This document shows, one piece after another, positions 1-13,200 of a stretch of DNA of 64,000 nucleotides. The DNA lies in the IMG/VR virus record IMGVR_UViG_3300032213_003587, positions 32,001 through 96,000 of that record. One strand, 5' to 3'. Made by a program: the position numbers and the translations under genes. Positions within the stretch are counted from its first letter, which is position 1, and each line of letters begins with the position of its first letter. The stretch is from a virus. Under the pieces are notes generated by a model. That model was not told the origin of the DNA. It did no database searches and saw only the letters and a program-made list of their open reading frames with translations.

Positions 1-1028
1 CTGCCGGTGGCAATTGTACCCGTACTGGTTATGGTGCTAGCCGTATAGGTAAAGGGATTTTTAATCAGCGCCACTGAACGGAAATCCTGATTTACCGGCA
101 CGTCGTTGTTTTGATAGCCGCTGATAGTGCCGGCCATCATTACATTGAAAGCCGAACATTCTTGACGCAGGTTGCTGCCATGACCGCCGCTGGGAGCAAT
201 AATGGCAGTTGAGCTGGCAGCAGATCCGGCGCCAGTAATCACCACCTTGGCCCAGGTATAGCCCGTGCCAGGATTGGTTACTGTGATGGTGCTGATGCTG
301 GAACCGCTGATGGTTGGTATGGCTGCGCAGCCCACACCGTCGCCATAGACTGCAATGGTAGTACCAGCGGTTGTATAGCCCGAGCCGGCAGCGTCTACCA
401 GGATAACATGGATGCCGTTGCTGGTGGCGATGCTCTGCGTAGTTGGTACTGGAATGTAGGTTGATGTTACAAAATCAACTTCCGATGCCGGAATATTATA
501 GAGATACTTCCAGACATAACCATCGGCTGTAGTCTGTGGATCTGTGCCAGTGGTAGTGGGTTCTACTGTGCTAAATCTAGCAGTAGGTTGCAGTGCGCTC
601 TTGCCGTTGTATATACACTTATAGACATTGCCCGTGCTGGTTACATACACAATCATGTTGCTATCTGCCAGATTAAATACACCGTTTACCGTAGGATTAC
701 TGGCATTGATGTTATGCTGGTACATGTCATACTTGGTGGTAGGCAACCAATTGTAGCGCACCGTAGCCAGTCTAACATCGTTGTTGAATACTCGCACACC
801 GGCCATGGCATCGCGCCAGAACGCTGTTTCATTGACCTGATTGTCATAAGGGCTGGGCGGATTATTGTCGCCGGGCGTTCCGTTGGTTTGATTGCCGAAC
901 GTAGTGCTGTAGCTGGTGTCGCTCCAGCTCTGCGGACGACCAATCACCATGTACATGCTGTCGGTGGTAAAGGTCTGTGCAAAACTGCTGGCTGCGTTTA
1001 CTCGAAATTTATTGGTTACTATGGCCAT
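1..1028 (-). CDS. gp8: Baseplate wedge subunit gp8 (3' end runs off window; not in ORF track)
   Basis: Manual translation from ATG at 1028 gives MAIVTNKFRVNAASSFAQTF...YMVIGRPQSW, and later TADGYVWKYLYNIP, typical of T4-like gp8; follows gp7. Confidence 0.85.
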   Translation of the reverse strand, partial: MAIVTNKFRVNAASSFAQTFTTDSMYMVIGRPQSWSDTSYSTTFGNQTNGTPGDNNPPSPYDNQVNETAFWRDAMAGVRVFNNDVRLATVRYNWLPTTKYDMYQHNINASNPTVNGVFNLADSNMIVYVTSTGNVYKCIYNGKSALQPTARFSTVEPTTTGTDPQTTADGYVWKYLYNIPASEVDFVTSTYIPVPTTQSIATSNGIHVILVDAAGSGYTTAGTTIAVYGDGVGCAAIPTISGSSISTITVTNPGTGYTWAKVVITGAGSAASSTAIIAPSGGHGSNLRQECSAFNVMMAGTISGYQNNDVPVNQDFRSVALIKNPFTYTASTITSTGTIATG

Positions 1029-1064
1029 TTTAAACCTGCTGGTGAATTATAGGGTTATTTATCA

Positions 1065-2840
1065 TTACCGACCAACGGTAACAATGCTTAATAGATCCGA
1101 ACTTGTTGTGGCAAATATAGAATCTGAACTTACTGCTATACTTACCGAAATGGTTTCCGCAGTACTGGCGGAACTTCCTTGAAACAATATGCTAAATCTG
1201 CTGTAGCTCTGCGCTCTATTGGCATTATAGGGGCGGAACTGGTAAATATTTGTAGTCAACGTCGATGTTGCGGTTGACGTTGTATAGCTATAGGAAGTAG
1301 CAATCATGTTGCTGCTGCTATAGAATGTTAGTTTAGGATAAAGCTGCGAACTTCCTAGAGCAACGCTGCGATAATTTCTCTGTACCTCATCCGTTATATT
1401 TATTGGACCTGCTGCTATCAAACTTGGAATAGTATTGGGAGATTCCGCAGTAACTGACACACTCAGCACGTTGGCCAGTTCGTTGCTGGCATTGCCCGTA
1501 GGATCCTTAACCCAAGTAGTCATCAATACCATGCTGCTGACCGCAGTAATGCTGGTGGTAAAGCTGGCAATTACCGCATTGGCAGTTAGCGTCATGGCGC
1601 TGGTGTTGCGATAACGATCGTTGACAACCGCAAAGTCCACGCCGTTGCCAGTGGTAATAATCTGCTGACGATTGCCCACGCCGGGGCGAACTTTATCAAA
1701 ACTCGGACCCGAGGGCAGAATTATTTGACGCAGAGTTCCGTAGATGGCTTCGTCGCCGTCTTTCTGCAGAGCAAACGTAACTTTTTCTCCGGGATAGTTG
1801 TAGTTGACGTCGTAGCTAATATCGCCAGCCTGTGTTGTTGCGCTGGTGCCGGTGCGAAAGTCTGCGAGTCGATCAAAGCTGTAGCCCGGAGCAATGTAAA
1901 ATTCATTGCGAGTAGCATAGCGCACCGTAGTTTCAACTCTGGTGGTGCGGGCAAAACTCGATGTGGCATTGACTGCAATGGTTGAGTCCAGCAGCAGATC
2001 GTTGAACAGGATCAGGCCCGCGGGATGCAGTTCTTTTAATACTGCACCAGCCCAGGTATCACGACCAATGCGACTTCTCAGTACATAGCTGAACTGCTGA
2101 AAATAATAGCTGTCTTGAATGACCTGATCACTGCTCAGCATGCTGCGGGTATTTTGAAATTTACCGGTCGCTGTTTCCAGTGGTCGTGTCAACAACATGG
2201 TGACCTGGCTGCTGGTGCGATCCGACCAATCCCAGGCTGTGGCTGTTAAAGTTTCGCCGCTGACAAAGGTGCCGGCAATGCTGCTGGGCTGTACAATCAG
2301 TTCCCAGGTATTGATCCCTCGATTAACTTTGCGCGAAACATTGATTACAGCGCGAGCCTTGGAAGTTGCTCCGGTAATTACGGTGTGCACTGAACTTGTT
2401 GGATCGCCGCTGATTTTGGTGACTGTTAGCTTTTGTTCAGTGTACCAGTTGTTGTCCGACGGCTTGAACAGAATGGCATTGGGATAAAATATCGTAATGT
2501 CATCGTTGTAGAAGGCTCGGAAGAAAAACTTGAAGGTATCTTCACTGCCCTTTTTCTGATAAAAATCTCGAAAATATTTTACAATGATGCTGCGATCCGC
2601 TGCCGGTTGTATGGGCATGCCCGGGGCATACATCTCCACAAACTTGGTTAGCAGACTGCTGACCGTAGTATCAACGTCGTTGTTGACTCGAATGTTTTGT
2701 ATGATGGCCTGCGGATTGCCGCCCTGCTCCAGCCATTCAAAATATTTGGTGACAAATACTACAAAGATAGGATAGTATTCCTGAACATAGTCGGGAATTT
2801 GTCGCGGAAGAAACGCGGTAACGGTTTGACTTGTTATCAT
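1065..2840 (-). CDS. gp7: Baseplate wedge subunit gp7-like
   Basis: N-terminal QIPDYVQEYYPIFVVFVTKYFEWLE, FYQKKGSEDTFKFFFRAFY and IQDSYYFQQFSYVLRS..LHPAG motifs of cyanophage-type gp7; between gp6 and gp8. Confidence 0.75.
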   Translation of the reverse strand: MITSQTVTAFLPRQIPDYVQEYYPIFVVFVTKYFEWLEQGGNPQAIIQNIRVNNDVDTTVSSLLTKFVEMYAPGMPIQPAADRSIIVKYFRDFYQKKGSEDTFKFFFRAFYNDDITIFYPNAILFKPSDNNWYTEQKLTVTKISGDPTSSVHTVITGATSKARAVINVSRKVNRGINTWELIVQPSSIAGTFVSGETLTATAWDWSDRTSSQVTMLLTRPLETATGKFQNTRSMLSSDQVIQDSYYFQQFSYVLRSRIGRDTWAGAVLKELHPAGLILFNDLLLDSTIAVNATSSFARTTRVETTVRYATRNEFYIAPGYSFDRLADFRTGTSATTQAGDISYDVNYNYPGEKVTFALQKDGDEAIYGTLRQIILPSGPSFDKVRPGVGNRQQIITTGNGVDFAVVNDRYRNTSAMTLTANAVIASFTTSITAVSSMVLMTTWVKDPTGNASNELANVLSVSVTAESPNTIPSLIAAGPINITDEVQRNYRSVALGSSQLYPKLTFYSSSNMIATSYSYTTSTATSTLTTNIYQFRPYNANRAQSYSRFSILFQGSSASTAETISVSIAVSSDSIFATTSSDLLSIVTVGR

Positions 2841-4684
2841 GCTGTGGTTGATACTACGCTGATGGAAACACCGTTGATGGCAGCGGTGCTGGCATCACCC
2901 CGAGTATCATCCAACACCAAAATTTCCTTGTTGGCTGGCAAAAGATCGCGACTTGTTTCTTGAATGTTGGTGGTTATGCGAATGGTGTTTTCACCAAGAT
3001 AACCGCCGATGTTTAAATTGGTGATGGTTACTCGACCCGTGCCATAGTTTACTGTGCCCAGAGTTGCCTGCACAGTATTGGTAGCCGAATCATATAAATT
3101 AATTGCGCCGTTGCCTTCGTAGTTCGGTGGATTGCTGTCCGGAGCATCGCCAAGATATGCAGAAATAAAATTAGTACCGTTGTTATACAAGAACAACGTA
3201 CTGACCAATTCTGCGGGATGGATCTTGCCAGGGAATTGTAGTGTGGCACTAAAGGATTCGCCTACCACCGGAGATATGCGTTTCTGTTGTCGCAGGATCA
3301 AAATACTGCTGATGATGCTGGGATCCATGTTTTGGATTTCGTCCTGCAGCTGTGACGCAAAAAAGCCGGCATTGAATCTTTCCAACTGCGAACTAAAGTA
3401 TTCAGTGACTTTTTGTGATGCCAGGCCACTGAGCTGCTGTGCGGTTCTTGTAGTCAGGGCCGTGCGGTACTTAACATAGACATCTACGCCAACATAGGTA
3501 TATTCTGGATCAACGAAAGCATACTGTAGTGTGGGCATGCTGCGGGGCTGCAGGGTATCGGTCACCAGACGAATTTTTTCTACGTCGGTTAATACATAGC
3601 CGTCGTAGGGCTTGATGCTGATAAACACTGTACCGTAGCGCGGTGGTACATTGGCTTCACCGCCCCATACACTCACACTTTCCGCGGCCGGCAAGGCCTG
3701 CTGTATGGCTGTGGCAAAGTCTGTGGCTGTAACTGTGCGATTGCCGCTGACATAGTTATTGCGGGCATTGAAACGAATCTGGTCAGTGGTTTCTGCATCC
3801 TGTCCGCCGGTGGGCGAACTGATGGTGGCAATGTAGCGATCATTTTGCTCTTCACCTAAAATGGTGTTGGTGTACCAGCTTAGATTTACGTTGCCGCTGA
3901 TGTTGCCTTCGGTTCCACTGGTTACCACATAACGGGCTCGCACAACGTCACCGGGGCTGAGATTTTTACCCAGTATGCCGTCGCCAAAGTAGATCTGATA
4001 CTGGCCTTCGCTGTTCTCTTCGATGAAATATACGTTGCTTGACGCACTGAGTTTGGTGATGTCGGCCATCTCAGTAAAGGTTTCGTTGTAGCTGCCGCTG
4101 CCGCCGTACTGCACGCTGACCTGCAGAGTGCTGATATCCACATCGGTATTGGGAATCACAAACTTTACTGCGGGACTTACGCCGGCGGGTACGTTCCAGA
4201 AGAAGTCGATTTGACGGCCTTCCACAATCTCCACATTTTCAAAACTATATACGCCGCTGATGGGTTCCACAACATAGCTGTTGGGATTGAAAAAGTTATA
4301 GGTGGTATTGCCAATCTGTGTAGTAAATCTGGTGAATCTTTCCAAAGTGGCTATGTTGGGGCCGTTGGCTACGTTGGCTATGGCTACATTGACCGTGGCT
4401 CGGGCGGCTCGACGACTGCGCGGAGTATAGCTAAGATGCTTGGCTATGCTGGCCACCGAACTGCGTTTTAGCGCAGTATCAATGAACATTTCATTGCTGG
4501 CCATGTTGGCCAAGATAGCATTGTAGTGCGTATTATAGGCCAGCAGATCTACCAGCACGCTTAGGTTACTGCCCTCGAAATCGTAGTCTGTGAACTGACT
4601 TTGACTGCTGAGAAAGGTCCGTATATTGGTTTTTATTTGATCAAAGTCCAGCTCAGTGACTCTGATGTAGGGATTGGATGCCAT
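2837..4684 (-). CDS. gp6: Baseplate wedge subunit gp6
   Basis: ELDFDQIK...FTDYDFEGSNLSVLVDLLAYNTHY, IYFGDGILGK, RTVTATDF, YGTVFISIKP. Confidence 0.95.
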   Translation of the reverse strand: MASNPYIRVTELDFDQIKTNIRTFLSSQSQFTDYDFEGSNLSVLVDLLAYNTHYNAILANMASNEMFIDTALKRSSVASIAKHLSYTPRSRRAARATVNVAIANVANGPNIATLERFTRFTTQIGNTTYNFFNPNSYVVEPISGVYSFENVEIVEGRQIDFFWNVPAGVSPAVKFVIPNTDVDISTLQVSVQYGGSGSYNETFTEMADITKLSASSNVYFIEENSEGQYQIYFGDGILGKNLSPGDVVRARYVVTSGTEGNISGNVNLSWYTNTILGEEQNDRYIATISSPTGGQDAETTDQIRFNARNNYVSGNRTVTATDFATAIQQALPAAESVSVWGGEANVPPRYGTVFISIKPYDGYVLTDVEKIRLVTDTLQPRSMPTLQYAFVDPEYTYVGVDVYVKYRTALTTRTAQQLSGLASQKVTEYFSSQLERFNAGFFASQLQDEIQNMDPSIISSILILRQQKRISPVVGESFSATLQFPGKIHPAELVSTLFLYNNGTNFISAYLGDAPDSNPPNYEGNGAINLYDSATNTVQATLGTVNYGTGRVTITNLNIGGYLGENTIRITTNIQETSRDLLPANKEILVLDDTRGDASTAAINGVSISVVSTTA

Positions 4685-5076
4685 TAGCGCACTCTCGTAA
4701 ATATGGTGTTGAAACGCAGGGGCTGTTCGGTGTTGCGTATTCTAAAAAGAATTTCAATTTCCAGGGCGTTTTCGTCTTGATTGGGACTGACCTGCACCTC
4801 TAAAAGTTCTACACGCGGTTCGTATTTGTTGATTACTGTGATGATGGTGCGTTCCGCAATAGTAATTACTACGGGCGTCAAACTTTCAAACATCAGACTG
4901 TGCAGTTGACAGCCTAGCTCGGGTTGAAAGGGTCGCTCATAGTTGCGTGTATGAATCAGATTTCTCAGACTGTTGCGAATCGCGGCTTCGTCGGCCTTGG
5001 TAGCCACATCGCGAGTTCGCGGATTGCGGGTAAAGGCAGCGTCTAGGTCGGTAAAGGTGCGGGTATTTCTGGTCAT
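4684..5076 (-). CDS. gp25: Baseplate wedge subunit gp25
   Basis: FTDLD...AIRNSLRNLIHTRNYERPFQPELG...YEPRV. Confidence 0.95.
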   Translation of the reverse strand: MTRNTRTFTDLDAAFTRNPRTRDVATKADEAAIRNSLRNLIHTRNYERPFQPELGCQLHSLMFESLTPVVITIAERTIITVINKYEPRVELLEVQVSPNQDENALEIEILFRIRNTEQPLRFNTIFTRVR

Positions 5077-5084
5077 ACCGTTAT

Positions 5085-5381
5085 TTATCCTCCGCAGTAC
5101 ACGTTAGCACTGCCCGCTGAAATAATACTTAGACATCCGCCGCCGATACCATCGCCTATTCTAGCCACGGGTCGACCGTTGACAAAGGTTTTTGCGCTGC
5201 CGCTGGCAACCACACCGATGTGAAAATCATCGTCGCAGCTGTGAGCCGGCCATAGATCACCAACCGCATGCATGGGTATGCCGTTGACAAAAACCGTGGC
5301 ATTGTTGCTAGCCGCCGAAGGTCGAGGCGGATAACAGTCGTGTCCTGAACACGGTACTCCGACAATTGCTACTGCTGCCAT
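5085..5381 (-). CDS. PAAR-domain spike tip protein (gp5.4-like)
   Basis: Cys/His-rich, TVFVNGIPM..VGD, TFVNGRPVARIGD, GSANVY; position after gp5 locus. Confidence 0.9.
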   Translation of the reverse strand: MAAVAIVGVPCSGHDCYPPRPSAASNNATVFVNGIPMHAVGDLWPAHSCDDDFHIGVVASGSAKTFVNGRPVARIGDGIGGGCLSIISAGSANVYCGG

Positions 5382-5411
5382 AATCGTTCCTTATTCTGTG
5401 ATATTACAGGA

Positions 5412-5705
5412 TCAGCCATTTTTATTTTCAATAGTTAAAGGGAGAACCTGGTCTTTGCTAATAAAATCTGCAATCATTGATTGCATTTCTTCTTCATTTA
5501 ATTCCGGCGACATAACTTGTTCTGGGTTACCCCATGTTTGACTGCCGTCGGCGTGCACAGTAACTGTAGCCAATGGCGTGCCATGACATAAAGTCATATA
5601 TGATTCCCATGCTGCCTTCGCCAAAAGTTCTTTGGCTTGTTCAAAATTATCGGCATCTGAATATGTGCCTTGATATGGATTGTGTACTCTATATACTGTG
5701 ATCAA
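5412..5705 (-). CDS. Hypothetical protein (possible adhesin-associated protein)
   Basis: 97-aa ORF with upstream GGAG, directly after the Gly-rich adhesin gene; locally AT-rich. Confidence 0.55.
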   Translation of the reverse strand: MITVYRVHNPYQGTYSDADNFEQAKELLAKAAWESYMTLCHGTPLATVTVHADGSQTWGNPEQVMSPELNEEEMQSMIADFISKDQVLPLTIENKNG

Positions 5706-5756
5706 AATGATATCTCCAAATTGTTATAACAAGTAAAAATTACTATATTTCCATAA

Positions 5757-8792
<3,036 letters not shown>

Positions 8793-8793
8793 A

Positions 8794-11700
8794 TTATGAT
8801 CCTATGACTCCAGCCGTGGCCACCTGCACTAGATACGGACGATACAGCTTCTGTCCAATCATAGTAGCTACCTTGGGTCCGCGGCCGCCCGGAGTATAAA
8901 CTCCGCCCGCCGGACGATTGCCATCGGCATTGAAGCTGATGCGAATCCAGAAACGTTCCTTGCCCTGTATGGTTTCAGTCTGCAACAGCAGCTGATCAAA
9001 GGCCAGATTGTCTTTGATCCAGCGAGCAATGTCATAGTATTCGGTGTTGGGCCGCTTGGGAAAGTCGATTTCCACGGCCTGACCAGTACCAAGCTGACCA
9101 GGATCGTCTTCTCGATAACCCACCAGTATGCGGGTATCCGGATATCGATCGATGATCGGATCTATGCAGTTTATAGCCAGGGCCTTCAAATTGGTGGCAA
9201 TCTGCGGTCCAGTGAGGCGTCGGCCAGTGCTGCCGGTGGAATTGGTTCGGATACCACCCACACCCTGTTGACGACCATTGACGCTACCACCGCGGTCCGA
9301 ACTCAGGCTGCCGTCTACAATGCCACTGACAGCCCGACCTGCCAACCCACCGGCCTGAGCAGCTAGCTGAGCCGAGTCTGTACCATACTGGGCCAATATG
9401 CTGCTGTACACCACATCGTTGACATAGGTACCGGCCGCATAACCTACAAGTCGTCTTACGTCGGTGCGCTGTCCCTGTATAGCGTTTTTAACCACCACAC
9501 CAAACAAGTCGCCTACAATACGCGCACCCGCACTGGTGGTGCTGCCCAATCTTGCGTTGATGGAGGATGTAACTACATTGCTAACAACATAGCCCACAGC
9601 GGCTCCGCCGATGCCTCGAGCCAGGCGTTCATTGGCTGCGCGGTCGCCTTTGATTTCGTTGCTCAGCAGTTTTACTGTGATCATGGCTACTGCCTGCTGG
9701 GTATTGCTGGTGAGCTGTCCGCTGGACACTGCAAAGGTATAGCCCGCACCCAGAATAGTAAGACCGAGATTTTGTGCAAAAGTGCGGCCGCCGGCATTGG
9801 GATTGGTGACTGTGGCTGAAATAGCAGCAGCACCTACGCCGATGTAGCCAAGATTGCGTTTCTGTGACTGAGTCAGATTGGGGTTGTTGGCTTTATAGGT
9901 GTCCAGGCCGATGTCCACCAGCGTAGGTAGAGTTCGTGCCAACACGGTTAGCCCATAGCCCAAGGGATAGCCCTGTTCGCCTCGCAGTCGTGTTATCGCA
10001 AGATTTTGTCCTAGTGTGCCGATGATTTTCTGGGTATTGCTGATGCCGGCCTGTTGAAGAATGGCATTGCTACCGGCAAATAACAGACCCAGACCCAGAC
10101 GTTCTTTGAAGCCGAGATTTCTGTCACCAGCCGGAGTTAAAGCTACCGCAAATGCTGTGGTCAATCCTTTTAGTACTGCTTTGTTGGTGAACATACCCAG
10201 GGTAGTATTTTTGCTTAACTTTGCGCTTTCCGGTATAATCTTCATGCCCGTAAATTCCGCACTCTGCACTACTGTACCGGATCGTACGCCTGGTACAGAG
10301 ATGTCGCTAAATGTGTAGCCGGATGACGCACGACCGGCATCGGCCGCTATGTCTGATGAACTGCGCACGCCGATGGCACCCAACACATCGTCGTTGGTTT
10401 TCTTGGTAAAATCCGAAACCGATGGATCTGCGCCGGTTGTTGATGCTCCGGTGCTCAGTCCACCGGGCTTGTTAAACCAGCTGTCAAGTTCATCTACGCC
10501 TGATTCAATTAATCCAGCCACCACCTGAGTAAGGCTCGGTGTAGGTGGTAGCAGTCCGGTGGGCAAGGCCACAGTAGTCAGCGGAGTACCGGCCAATCCA
10601 GTATTAAAGTAGACCTGTGAACCATCAATACTAACCAGGCTAATGGATTTTAAATCTAGGAAACCAAAACTCAGAGTCTGTTTGGTACCAACAACTGTGG
10701 TGTTATGATTTACACCAACATACACATCGTGATTTTTTAGTGCGGTAACTTTAAAATTATTGGTGGCAAACATGGTGATGTTACCAGGCAGCAAACTGGC
10801 CTGAGTTGGTGCAGTACCAGGCACACCGGAAAATGTGGCTTCCATGATGATGTTGCTGGCGCGAAGATTATAGTTGCCGCCCACACTGACGTTCATGTCG
10901 CCGCTGACTGAAAGATTGGCTCCGCCCTTTACGGTAATATAGGCATCACTTTCAGCTTCAATGACATAGTTACCCTTGACTTTTATGGTGCCATTGCCGC
11001 TGGCATAGATGTCGTAGTTGCCCATCACCGCCAGATCCTTGCCTTTGCTGGAAATTTCCTGATGGAATCCTTCTACCTTCTGCACCATGTTACCACCGGC
11101 ACCAATTTCAAAATATGTGCCGGAGTTGTGATAGAGATGTATGCGTTCACGTCCCGGGGTATCATCAAATTCAATGACATGGCCGCCTTCGGTCTGCATG
11201 ACCTTGTTGAAGGGATATTCGGCGTTAAACTGCGTGGATATTTCTTCGGTTTCCTGCATGCCCAGATAGGCGTCAATGGCAGCGCCCACCAGACGTCCGG
11301 CATTGCCAGCCAGGCCGCCGCCGAGATTGGCAATTTGATTGGTCTGAGCCTTTTCATAGACTACGGTACGAGCAATCTTTCCATTGAGAATGGTGGTAGT
11401 AAGATCCTGACCTGTGGCCAATTTATTGGTGTCGGGATGATTGGCATAATCGCAGGTCGGATAGATGCTAGCGGGATCATTGAATCCCTTTTCATTGCCA
11501 ATTTTAGGATCGTTGAGCGGGCCGGCTACATTGGCATTGGGTGGTACCTGACGTCCGTTGTTGGGTGCTCGGGCTGCGATAGTAATGCCCTGGGGCTTGG
11601 TATAGGCTAATTGTCCACGAACGAAACTCTGTTTATTGTAGAGATTTTTACCGCCGCTGTTGAGAGCAGCATAGCTGATGGCATAGGCCATTTCCGGAGT

Positions 11701-13200
11701 AGCACCAAAGGCATCCGATGGATTTTTACCGCCCACGGCCCACATCTGCGCTCCGCCGGCGCCGCTGAGATGTGCGGCATGCAGCAGACCTGCGGCCACT
11801 CGCGGATCTTGATTGGGATTGATGATGCCGTTCTTTGACAGCTGCTTCCAATTTTTTTCCAACAGGTCAAACATCAAACGTTCCTGCAGATCTTTGTTCC
11901 GCAGGAAGGCTTCGGTGCTAGTGATACCGTCGGTGCCCTTCCATACTCCAGTGACATTGTTGGCCATGGCATTTTCTGAATAGCTTACCTGCTTGCCATT
12001 GCCGGCTCGAGCCCAATTTAAATATCCCTGGCTGGTCAAAACCTGTGCGCCAAACTGATACTTACCGATGAAATTCAAACTGTTTTTAATGCCATGCCCC
12101 TGTGTACCACCGGGCACACTACCACTTTCAGCATAGCCGATGCTGTTCATCAACACCTGCACATCGCTTTTACTCAGCGGCGGAAGATCACGAAGCACAA
12201 AACTGCTGGGCACCACACCCGTGCTAAAGTTATTGTTGCCGGTGTAGCCCGTGGGCAAGGTGCTGCTCTGGCCGGCAATGGACAACGATCCCCGGATGCT
12301 GCGCGCTACGGCATTGTAGTCCACCGGATGTATGTTGTCCTTGGTGGCAAAGTCAATGAGGTCCAGAGTTTGATCGCCGTTCTTCAAAGCCACTGACAGG
12401 ATGGCGGTTCGTGCTGCGCGATCATAGGGCAAGATCCATAGATAGGCCTTGGCGGCCAGCGCAGTACGAAGTTTTTCTGAGTTGCTTTTCAGCTGTTCGA
12501 TGTTGCCACGTCCACCCTGAATGTCGTTGGTACCCACGCTGATGATGGCAAATCGAGAATTTTGAATATTAGGGCTTTTCTGTACACTGGCCAGGACGGT
12601 GCCGGAAAATGCACCCACAGTAGCCAGCTGTGAAACACCGGCTCCACCGCTGAGTCTAGCCAAACTACCACCCACACCCAGAGCAATGCTATCACCAACT
12701 ACTGCAAACACCGGTCCGGTGTTGTTGGTGGGTACTGCTGTTACGGTGTTGCTGGTGCTCTGCACAATCTTCACGGGCTCGCCACGGCTGTCCAGCACCG
12801 GATTGCCGTTCTCATCCTTGCGCACATCATTGGCAAACAATTTTTCTAAAGTGTTGTTGGCCGTACATGCTTCGGTAGGTAATTTAAAGCCCGCAAATGT
12901 ACCCATGATGATGGGCTGCTGACAGTCTTTACCGTCGGCAAAGAAACCCATGACCCAGCTGCCGGGCATGGCACCCAAGGGAGTAGTGCCCACACCGCTC
13001 ATGGCCGCGGATGTAATGGGCTGCATGGGTATGGCCCAGGGCAGATCCGCAGTGGGTAAAAGATCGGTGTTATCGGTATGATATCCAAATATGCGTACCT
13101 GACACCGACCCAGGAGTGCGGGATCGTTGCGATTTTCTACCACACCGATCCACCAAAAGAAGCCGTCGCGACCGTAGAGATTATTAGCTGACACCGTCAT
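8794..13200 (-). CDS. gp5: Baseplate hub/central spike gp5 with SGNH, lysozyme-like and degenerate M15-like domains
   Basis: FFWWIGVVENRNDP..LGRCQVRIFGYH..LPWA OB fold; YPFNKVMQTEGGHVIEFDDTPGRERIHLYHNSGT beta-helix start; extra domains described in findings. Confidence 0.92.
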   Translation of the reverse strand: MTVSANNLYGRDGFFWWIGVVENRNDPALLGRCQVRIFGYHTDNTDLLPTADLPWAIPMQPITSAAMSGVGTTPLGAMPGSWVMGFFADGKDCQQPIIMGTFAGFKLPTEACTANNTLEKLFANDVRKDENGNPVLDSRGEPVKIVQSTSNTVTAVPTNNTGPVFAVVGDSIALGVGGSLARLSGGAGVSQLATVGAFSGTVLASVQKSPNIQNSRFAIISVGTNDIQGGRGNIEQLKSNSEKLRTALAAKAYLWILPYDRAARTAILSVALKNGDQTLDLIDFATKDNIHPVDYNAVARSIRGSLSIAGQSSTLPTGYTGNNNFSTGVVPSSFVLRDLPPLSKSDVQVLMNSIGYAESGSVPGGTQGHGIKNSLNFIGKYQFGAQVLTSQGYLNWARAGNGKQVSYSENAMANNVTGVWKGTDGITSTEAFLRNKDLQERLMFDLLEKNWKQLSKNGIINPNQDPRVAAGLLHAAHLSGAGGAQMWAVGGKNPSDAFGATPEMAYAISYAALNSGGKNLYNKQSFVRGQLAYTKPQGITIAARAPNNGRQVPPNANVAGPLNDPKIGNEKGFNDPASIYPTCDYANHPDTNKLATGQDLTTTILNGKIARTVVYEKAQTNQIANLGGGLAGNAGRLVGAAIDAYLGMQETEEISTQFNAEYPFNKVMQTEGGHVIEFDDTPGRERIHLYHNSGTYFEIGAGGNMVQKVEGFHQEISSKGKDLAVMGNYDIYASGNGTIKVKGNYVIEAESDAYITVKGGANLSVSGDMNVSVGGNYNLRASNIIMEATFSGVPGTAPTQASLLPGNITMFATNNFKVTALKNHDVYVGVNHNTTVVGTKQTLSFGFLDLKSISLVSIDGSQVYFNTGLAGTPLTTVALPTGLLPPTPSLTQVVAGLIESGVDELDSWFNKPGGLSTGASTTGADPSVSDFTKKTNDDVLGAIGVRSSSDIAADAGRASSGYTFSDISVPGVRSGTVVQSAEFTGMKIIPESAKLSKNTTLGMFTNKAVLKGLTTAFAVALTPAGDRNLGFKERLGLGLLFAGSNAILQQAGISNTQKIIGTLGQNLAITRLRGEQGYPLGYGLTVLARTLPTLVDIGLDTYKANNPNLTQSQKRNLGYIGVGAAAISATVTNPNAGGRTFAQNLGLTILGAGYTFAVSSGQLTSNTQQAVAMITVKLLSNEIKGDRAANERLARGIGGAAVGYVVSNVVTSSINARLGSTTSAGARIVGDLFGVVVKNAIQGQRTDVRRLVGYAAGTYVNDVVYSSILAQYGTDSAQLAAQAGGLAGRAVSGIVDGSLSSDRGGSVNGRQQGVGGIRTNSTGSTGRRLTGPQIATNLKALAINCIDPIIDRYPDTRILVGYREDDPGQLGTGQAVEIDFPKRPNTEYYDIARWIKDNLAFDQLLLQTETIQGKERFWIRISFNADGNRPAGGVYTPGGRGPKVATMIGQKLYRPYLVQVATAGVIGS

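Noticed and set aside
588-1182. Plus-strand and alternative-frame ORFs at the window start
   Set aside because: They are shadows of the minus-strand gp8 and gp7 genes, which carry recognisable motifs
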